Part shown: one piece after another, positions 25,725-32,000 of the stretch
How positions within the stretch are numbered: the stretch's first letter is position 1
Layout of the letters: each line of letters starts with the position of its first letter
DNA from: Methanopyrus kandleri AV19
GTDB taxonomy: Archaea; JAADCQ01; Methanopyri; Methanopyrales; Methanopyraceae
Direction: 5' to 3'
Length of the DNA: 32,000 bases
Assembly (NCBI RefSeq): GCF_000007185.1
Contig: NC_003551.1
Location: 660,001 to 692,000, forward strand
Program-made: the position numbers and the translations under genes
The notes under the pieces: generated by a model
Databases searched by the model: none
What the model was told of the DNA's origin: nothing
Seen by the model: only the letters and a program-made list of their open reading frames with translations

Positions 25725-27623
25725 TTGGGCATAGAATGGGAGGGAGTCAAAGTCGAGATAGGAGAGCTCGTGGTGGAAGGAGACTCCGAAAGTGAGATGG
25801 AGGGGCCGACCCGCCGCGAGTTGCTCCCGTGGGATCGGACGTTGGCGTCGGTCTACGACCTGGCCGTGGTTCCCGGTGATTCGGAAGAGGAGCGACGAGA
25901 GGTAGCTCGTACGATAGTAACGCTCTGTTGCGAGGGGACGGCAGGGCTCATCTCCACGGCCCGACTCGTGGTGGAACTGCTGCGTCAAACGGGGGAGAAC
26001 CTGGACCCTGGATTCGACGCGGAGACGCCGCTCCCCCTCTACGAGACGCTACTGGGGAGTTCCCCCGAGTGTGCAGATGACCTCGAGGCCGGATTATCCT
26101 ACGCGGAGCGGGAACTAACGTCCTCGGTTTCGGAGCTCCTGCGGTCGCATTCCCTAAAGGGTTACGAGTCCGTGGCCATGCACGCCGGTGCGATCGGTCT
26201 CCTCGCGATGGAGATAGCCGATGCGACCCCCTCCACGCTGATGGAGGTCACGGAGTCGGAGGAAGTGTTTGAGATCGGGACGGATGATCTGCCGAGACGT
26301 CCCACGGTGTTACTGGTCGGTCATCTACCGCTCTTGGGGCACATCATCACCGAAGAGCTAGGAACGCTCGCGAGACAGGTGGAGCTCGTCGGACTAACAC
26401 ACACCGCGTGGCCTAACCGAGAGGACCACGTCAGGGTCGTAGGTCCCCTGTCTATGTACCATGAATACCTCTCTTCCGGGTTCGCGGATGTGGTAGTGGT
26501 CGACGGGGCGTGTCCGGGAGAAGACGTGATCGAAGCGGCACGTGAGGGCGGATCCAAGCTCGTCGCCACCGTCGGGGCCCGCGTGGCGGACCTACTCGAC
26601 GTCACCGACTACCCGGTTGAGGAGGCGGTCGAAGTCCTCGTCACCGAGGAGGACGCCGTTTACGTGGAGGAACCCATCAAGGCCGTGGAAATCGCCGCGT
26701 GGGCGGCGCTTCGAGTCGAGGGATCGCGCGACCGAAGAGAACCTCCTCGGAGGGCTTTCCGGGTCGGCCCGCCGACTCGCCTCACGGACGTAGTGATCCG
26801 AAACGTAGGTGTTCCGGTAGTAGCCGGCAACATTCCGGGAATCGTCGTCTTGGTATCCTGCCCCGAGAAATCCGCGGACGTCGAAGAGCCCGCCAAGATC
26901 GCCGAAGTCCTCCTGGAGCGCGGGTACCTCGTGCTGGTTCCGGGTTGTCTAGCCGTCGCGCTAGGTTCGTACCTGGACGACGATGGTAAAACTCTGTACG
27001 AACGGTACCCCGACACGCTTCTCAACACCGGTCCCTGTACCTCCGCCGCGCACTTAGTCGGGGCTTGCATCCGTGTGGGGGTCATCTTCGGTAAGCTCCC
27101 TATCAGAGGGGAGTTCGTGCGGGTCGCCGATTACGTACTCAACCGGGTCGGGGCTTGCGTAATAGCCTGGGGTGGCGAGTACTCGGAACACCTGGTTTCG
27201 GCCGCCTACGGGGTCACTCGATGGGGTATTCCGGTGGTACTGGGTCCCGACCCGGAGGCTGGTTCGTTGTTGGTCGAGAAGAACCCGAAGGTTATCGACG
27301 CTTGCTCGGGAGAGGAGGTGGAGGATCCCACCCCGGAGCACCTGAGGTGCGTGGTTTCGGATTGGAAGGAGGCGGCGATCACAGCCGCGCGGCTTTGTAT
27401 GCGTCCCAACGATACCCCGGAAGGCCGCCAGAACAAGGTCGAGTCGTACGTCGAGCTGTACCGGGAGTTGTACGGAGAATTACCCCCCGATCTTGACCTG
27501 CTCATCCGGGATGAGAGCGATATCCCGGTGACGCTCAGGTCCGAGATACGGGAGCTGCTGGAGGAGACCGGGTGGACACCTAGATCGCGCGCATCCGATC
27601 CTACCCTACTACCCGAGGGGTGA
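25725..27623 (+). CDS. Divergent, cluster-depleted CODH alpha-subunit paralog (CdhA-like)
   Basis: Collinear with CdhA along its length, e.g. YVLNRVGACVIAWGGEYSEHLVSAAYGVTRWGIPVVLGP and CMRPNDTPEGRQNKVESYVELYRELYGELPPDLDLLIRD. Lacks the N-terminal Cys cluster motif and both ferredoxin motifs. TTG start with GGGGTGA upstream. Confidence 0.9.
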   Translation: MGIEWEGVKVEIGELVVEGDSESEMEGPTRRELLPWDRTLASVYDLAVVPGDSEEERREVARTIVTLCCEGTAGLISTARLVVELLRQTGENLDPGFDAETPLPLYETLLGSSPECADDLEAGLSYAERELTSSVSELLRSHSLKGYESVAMHAGAIGLLAMEIADATPSTLMEVTESEEVFEIGTDDLPRRPTVLLVGHLPLLGHIITEELGTLARQVELVGLTHTAWPNREDHVRVVGPLSMYHEYLSSGFADVVVVDGACPGEDVIEAAREGGSKLVATVGARVADLLDVTDYPVEEAVEVLVTEEDAVYVEEPIKAVEIAAWAALRVEGSRDRREPPRRAFRVGPPTRLTDVVIRNVGVPVVAGNIPGIVVLVSCPEKSADVEEPAKIAEVLLERGYLVLVPGCLAVALGSYLDDDGKTLYERYPDTLLNTGPCTSAAHLVGACIRVGVIFGKLPIRGEFVRVADYVLNRVGACVIAWGGEYSEHLVSAAYGVTRWGIPVVLGPDPEAGSLLVEKNPKVIDACSGEEVEDPTPEHLRCVVSDWKEAAITAARLCMRPNDTPEGRQNKVESYVELYRELYGELPPDLDLLIRDESDIPVTLRSEIRELLEETGWTPRSRASDPTLLPEG

Positions 27624-29035
27624 ATGTAACATTGACGAGTCTTGCGGATCTACCCGTGGACGTGAGCCCGAGGCACGAGGGCGAGCGGATACGAAGCGGC
27701 GACATGTACGTCGAGCTAGCGGGCCCAAAGAGCTTCGGTGCCGAACTGTTCAAGGTGGTGGATCCGGACGAGATCGAGCCGGACAAAGTGGAAGTCATCG
27801 GCCCGGATATCGATGAGATGGAGGAGGGAGGGAGATACCCGTTCGCCATCTACGTGAAGGCGGCGGGCGAGGAACTCGAGGAGGACGTGGAAGGTGTGCT
27901 AGAGCGACGTATCCACGAGTTCTGCAACTACGTCGAGGGTTTCATGCACCTGAACCAGCGAGATCAGATCTGGTGTAGGGTCTCCAAGAACGTCACGGAG
28001 AAGGGCTTCCGGCTGGAACACCTCGGCATCGCGCTCCGAGAGCTGTACAAGGAGGAGTTCGGCAACGTCATCGACTCCGTGGAAGTCACGATAATGACGG
28101 ACGAGGAGAAAGTGGAGGAGTTTTTGGAGTACGCCAGGAGAGTCTACAAAAAGCGTGATGAGCGTGCGAAGGGACTCTCGGAGGAGGACGTCAACGAGTT
28201 CTACGTGTGCCTGATGTGCCAGTCCTTCGCGCCCACTCACGTGTGCGTAATCACACCGGACCGGCCGAGCCTCTGTGGATCGATCACCTGGCACGACGCC
28301 AAGGCGGCCTACAAGATCGATCCAGAAGGCCCCATATTCCCGATCGAGAAGGGAGAGTGCCTCGATCCCGAGGCCGGCGAGTACGAGGGTGTGAACGAGG
28401 CGGTCAAAGAACACTCACAGGGCACTGTGGAGCGGGTTTACCTGCACTCCTGTCTCGAGTACCCGCATACGAGCTGCGGCTGCTTCCAGGCCGTCGTGTT
28501 CTACATCCCCGAGGTAGACGGATTCGGAATCGTCGACCGCGAGTACCCGGGTGAGACCCCGATCGGGCTCCCGTTCTCGACCATGGCGGGTGAAGCCAGT
28601 GGCGGTGAGCAGCAGCCGGGCTTCGTCGGCGTAAGCTACGGTTACATGGAGTCCGATAAGTTCCTACAGTACGACGGCGGCTGGGAGCGCGTGGTTTGGA
28701 TGCCTAAGGCGCTGAAAGAACGCATGAAGCACGCCATCCCCGACGAGCTGTACGACAAGATAGCCACCGAGGAGGATGCGACCACCGTGGAAGAGCTCCG
28801 GGAGTTCCTCGAGAAAGTCGAGCACCCGGTCGTCGAGCGCTGGGCCGAAGAGGAGGAAGAAGAGGAGGAGAAGGCTCCGGAAGAGGAAGCGCCGGCCGAA
28901 GAGCCGACGATGGAGGTGAAGGAGCTCCCGATCGCGCCCGGTGGTGGTCTGAACGTGAAAATCGTGCTGAAAAACGCGAAGATCTACGCTGAGAAGGTCA
29001 TCATCAAGCGCGCCGACCGGGAAGATAAGAGTTGA
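27620..29035 (+). CDS. cdhC: Acetyl-CoA decarbonylase/synthase beta subunit (acetyl-CoA synthase)
   Basis: CLMCQSFAPTHVCVITPDRPSLCGSITWHDAKAAYKIDP, YLHSCLEYPHTSCGCFQAVVFYIPEVDGFGIVDREY (A-cluster motifs). GTG start overlaps upstream TGA. Confidence 0.96.
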   Translation: MNVTLTSLADLPVDVSPRHEGERIRSGDMYVELAGPKSFGAELFKVVDPDEIEPDKVEVIGPDIDEMEEGGRYPFAIYVKAAGEELEEDVEGVLERRIHEFCNYVEGFMHLNQRDQIWCRVSKNVTEKGFRLEHLGIALRELYKEEFGNVIDSVEVTIMTDEEKVEEFLEYARRVYKKRDERAKGLSEEDVNEFYVCLMCQSFAPTHVCVITPDRPSLCGSITWHDAKAAYKIDPEGPIFPIEKGECLDPEAGEYEGVNEAVKEHSQGTVERVYLHSCLEYPHTSCGCFQAVVFYIPEVDGFGIVDREYPGETPIGLPFSTMAGEASGGEQQPGFVGVSYGYMESDKFLQYDGGWERVVWMPKALKERMKHAIPDELYDKIATEEDATTVEELREFLEKVEHPVVERWAEEEEEEEEKAPEEEAPAEEPTMEVKELPIAPGGGLNVKIVLKNAKIYAEKVIIKRADREDKS

Positions 29036-29805
29036 TCATAGCCTTCACTGGGAAGGGAGGCACGGGGAAGACTCTCCTCGCCGCACTCACAGTACTCGAG
29101 CTCCTCGACCGACACCCCGACGCCGACCTGCTGGTGGTCGACGCCGACCCGGATGCTAACATGCCCGACGTGCTAGGGGTAGAGGTCGACACCACGCTCG
29201 GTGAGGTCAGGGAGCACTTCAAGCGCGAGATCGAGGGAGGAGAGCTCCCACCCGGCTTCGATAAACAGGCCTACATGGAATACTTGGTGATGACCGCGCT
29301 TCAGGAGTCCGACGACTACGATTTGCTAGTGATGGGTAGATCTGAGGGTAAGGGCTGCTACTGCGCCGTGAATCACTGGCTCCGTCGGGTTATGCGGGAG
29401 CTCCTCCCCAACTACGATTACGTGGTGATGGACTGCGAGGCAGGGCTCGAACACATCAGTCGTGGTATCATCGAGGGTGTCGACACGGTATTGACCGTCG
29501 TGGATCACTCCTACAAGGCGCTCCGGACCGCGGTCAGGATATCCCGGCTGATCGACGAACTCGAATCCGACGTCGGTGAGATGTGGGTCGTGGCGAACCG
29601 CGTGACCGAGGGGGAATACGCGGTCATACGCGAGAAGGGTGAGGAGCTTGGTCTTAGGTTCGCGGGATTCGTGAGACCCGACGACGAGGTAGTTCGACTC
29701 GAGCTTCATGGTCGCCCTCTGACCGAACTCCCACCGGACGCCAAGGTCCGCCGTGATATGCGCGCCGTGCTTACGCGGGTGGGGGTGCTCCTATCCGATG
29801 GCTGA
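29032..29805 (+). CDS. cooC: CooC-like nickel insertion/maturation ATPase
   Basis: Deviant Walker A TGKGGTGKTLLAA, VVDADPDANMPDVLG, CxC motif in GRSEGKGCYCAVNHWLR, VMDCEAGLEHISRG; TTGA overlap with cdhC. Confidence 0.9.
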   Translation: MIIAFTGKGGTGKTLLAALTVLELLDRHPDADLLVVDADPDANMPDVLGVEVDTTLGEVREHFKREIEGGELPPGFDKQAYMEYLVMTALQESDDYDLLVMGRSEGKGCYCAVNHWLRRVMRELLPNYDYVVMDCEAGLEHISRGIIEGVDTVLTVVDHSYKALRTAVRISRLIDELESDVGEMWVVANRVTEGEYAVIREKGEELGLRFAGFVRPDDEVVRLELHGRPLTELPPDAKVRRDMRAVLTRVGVLLSDG

Positions 29806-31000
29806 GGATAAGGGCGTGAAGAACATGCTTGAGCACCTCGTGAAGAACCTATTAGTGGAAGATGTTGAGGAGATCGAGCTGCGGAACGTGACGATCGAGT
29901 TAGACGAGCTGGAGCTGGACCTCAAAACCGTGGCCCAAACTCTGCCGGTTGAGATCTGGGAACGCATACTCAAGCCTGAGGTTGAAGAGAAGGAGAGAGA
30001 GGTCGAGGTCCCGGAATACGAACCACCGGTTGAGGAGTACGAAGGCTGTGTGGCCGAGGTGCAGATCGGGGCGACGCGGTCCGACGGCGGTTCTCGGGAT
30101 CGGGTCGTCGTCCTGGGTGGTGAGCGCGCCTACTTCCCGTTCGAAGAACCACGACCGAACCCTCCCGTGGTCACGTTCGACGTGTTCGACACCCCGGATG
30201 TGGGTATCCCCGGACCTATTCGGGAGGAGCTGGGCGACGTCATCGAAGACCCCGTGGACTGGGCAAGAACTGTCGTCAAGCGCTACGGCGTCGATATCGT
30301 CACCGTCCATCTGGTCAGTACGTCCCCCAAGCTCCATGATGCTCCTGTCGAGGAGGCTATGGAGACACTGGAGGACATCCTCGATGCCGTGAAGGTCCCG
30401 ATCATCGTGGGCGGATCCGGCGACCCCGAGAAGGATGTGGAGGTGTTCGTGAAGGCGGCCGAAGTCTGCGAGGGAGAGCGGGTGATGCTATCCTCGATCA
30501 ACGAGGACATGGACTTCGAGCGGGTGGTTGAGGCGGCCAAAGAACACGGTCACGTGGTACTGACCTTCGCCCCGGTCGATGTGAACCTCATGAAGTCCCT
30601 GAATAAGAAAGTACTGAATAGAGGCCTCTCGAAGGAAGACGTCGTCATGGACCCGACGACCTGCGCTCTGGGTTACGGTATCGAGTACACGATCGACGTT
30701 ATGACCAGGATCAGGCTCGCCGCGCTGAAGGGTGATGAACACCTGCAGATGCCGATCTCCAGCGGTTCCACCAACGCGTGGGCCGCGCGGGAGGCTTGGA
30801 TGAAGGAGGAATCTTGGGGACCGCGTGAGTACCGCGGACCGCTGTGGGAGGCGGTAACGGCGACCACGGTGGCACTCTGCGGTGCCGACCTGTTGATGAT
30901 GTTCCACCCGTGGGCCGTGCAAGTGGTTATGGAGGCTATGGAGTACATGGCCGAAGGACGCGTCACCGGAGACGCGTACGTGACCGACGTGATCGCCTGA
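29798..31000 (+). CDS. cdhD: Acetyl-CoA decarbonylase/synthase delta subunit (corrinoid/Fe-S protein small subunit)
   Basis: MAEDKGVKNMLEHLVKNL..., FEEPRPNPPVVTFDVFDTPDVGIPGPIREELGDVIEDPVDWAR, DPTTCALGYGIEYTIDVMTRIRLAAL. Start at ATG 29798. Confidence 0.94.
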   Translation: MAEDKGVKNMLEHLVKNLLVEDVEEIELRNVTIELDELELDLKTVAQTLPVEIWERILKPEVEEKEREVEVPEYEPPVEEYEGCVAEVQIGATRSDGGSRDRVVVLGGERAYFPFEEPRPNPPVVTFDVFDTPDVGIPGPIREELGDVIEDPVDWARTVVKRYGVDIVTVHLVSTSPKLHDAPVEEAMETLEDILDAVKVPIIVGGSGDPEKDVEVFVKAAEVCEGERVMLSSINEDMDFERVVEAAKEHGHVVLTFAPVDVNLMKSLNKKVLNRGLSKEDVVMDPTTCALGYGIEYTIDVMTRIRLAALKGDEHLQMPISSGSTNAWAAREAWMKEESWGPREYRGPLWEAVTATTVALCGADLLMMFHPWAVQVVMEAMEYMAEGRVTGDAYVTDVIA

Positions 31001-31013
31001 GGGGGAGACGCTC

Positions 31014-32000
31014 GTGGCCCAGCTCAGCGCGATGGACGTGTACAACCTGCTACCCAAGGCCAACTGCGGGGCGTGTGGCTGCAAGACCTGCATGGAATTC
31101 GCTACGAAGCTCGTCAATCGGGAGGCGAAGCCCGAGGATTGCCCGAAGCTCGACGATGAGAGCCTAGAGAAGCTTCAGGAGCTGCTAGCGCCGCCAGTCA
31201 AGGAGCTGACGATAGGGGAAGGGGACCGCGAAGTCACCGTCGGCGGCGATGAGGTGATGTTCCGACACGAGCTCTCGTTCTTCAACCCACCGCCGGTGTT
31301 CGTCACCGTTTACGACGACATGGAGGAGGACGAAATCGCCGGAAAGACGGAGGAAATTCAGGAGTTTCAAGTCGAACGCGTTGGAGAGGTCCTGAAGCTT
31401 GACGGCGTCGCGGTGGTATCCCGAACGGGGGACCCCGAGAAGTACGCTCGGGCGGTTGAGATCGCGGTGGAGCGCTCTGAGGACCTCGCCGTGGCGTTGA
31501 TCACCACTGATCCTAAGGTGATGGAAGCTGGTCTCGACGTTTTCGACGAACGTCCGCTGCTTTATCCGGCGACCGAGGAGAACGTCGAGGACCTAGCGAA
31601 GCTAGCGGCCGATGGGGACTGTCCCCTGGGACTTCACGCCCGTGACGTCGAAGACCTCGTACCCCTGGTCGTCGAGGCGCAGCAGTACACGGACGATCTG
31701 CTCCTGGACCCGGGTACGGAGTTCGGTCCCCACGACGTGGTTTCTACCACGGACAAGCTGGCGGAGATCCGCAAGGCGGCTATCGAGGAGTTCGAGAGCT
31801 TCGGTTACCCGACCCTCGTTACGACGTTTCCCTACGCGTTCCTCGAAGATGATCCCGTAAAAGCCGCTAGACGGGAATCGTACCTAGCGTCCGCCTGTGT
31901 GCTAAGGTACGCCGACATCCTTATCATGGACACCGTAGAACCTTGGGCGCTCCTTCCGGTGCTAACCCAGCGTCAGTGCGTGTACACCGACCCACGGGAG
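31014..32000 (+). CDS. cdhE: Acetyl-CoA decarbonylase/synthase gamma subunit (corrinoid/Fe-S protein large subunit), truncated by window end
   Basis: GTG after GGGGGAG; AMDVYNLLPKANCGACGCKTCMEFATKLVNREAKPEDCPKL; open to base 32000, which is why the ORF track omits it. Confidence 0.93.
   Translation, partial: MAQLSAMDVYNLLPKANCGACGCKTCMEFATKLVNREAKPEDCPKLDDESLEKLQELLAPPVKELTIGEGDREVTVGGDEVMFRHELSFFNPPPVFVTVYDDMEEDEIAGKTEEIQEFQVERVGEVLKLDGVAVVSRTGDPEKYARAVEIAVERSEDLAVALITTDPKVMEAGLDVFDERPLLYPATEENVEDLAKLAADGDCPLGLHARDVEDLVPLVVEAQQYTDDLLLDPGTEFGPHDVVSTTDKLAEIRKAAIEEFESFGYPTLVTTFPYAFLEDDPVKAARRESYLASACVLRYADILIMDTVEPWALLPVLTQRQCVYTDPRE

Noticed and set aside
25241-26989. Minus-strand ORFs within cdhB/cdhA'
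   Set aside because: Antisense frames with no family resemblance, while the sense frames align with CdhB and CdhA.
1-32000. CRISPR arrays, rRNA genes, transposases or a defence island
   Set aside because: No spaced direct repeats, rRNA-like conserved segments or intact transposase motifs were seen on reading the window.

Overview
High-GC archaeal chromosome segment. Inference from gene content and style: Methanopyrus kandleri or a close relative; I could not run a search. There are four blocks. (1) 1-14.6 kb: a secreted-type protein cut by the left edge, then a long minus-strand operon for a Tad/type IV-pilus-like surface system. It has an AAA+ ATPase, a TadA-type secretion ATPase, two TadB/C-like membrane proteins, at least seven class III (G|Q) prepilin-like proteins, an A24 prepilin peptidase, an unknown 332-aa protein and a large membrane-anchored exoprotein. 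An MJ0882/RsmC-like methyltransferase and tRNA-Leu(UAG) sit at its head. (2) 14.7-15.1 kb: an AT-rich island with a possible decayed tyrosine-recombinase C-terminus. (3) 15.1-22.9 kb: housekeeping genes on the minus strand (aspS, hisD, archaeal phosphopantothenate synthetase, coaBC, a KH-domain protein), plus-strand alba, and a minus-strand ~780-aa secreted protein convergent with alba. (4) 22.9-32 kb: the CODH/ACS operon cdhA-cdhB-cdhA'-cdhC-cooC-cdhD-cdhE (cdhE partial). The most striking object is cdhA', a divergent in-operon CODH alpha paralog. It has lost the N-terminal Fe-S cysteine region and the whole ferredoxin-like domain but kept most of the catalytic-core cysteine motifs. The multi-prepilin operon is the second candidate for an under-described system.
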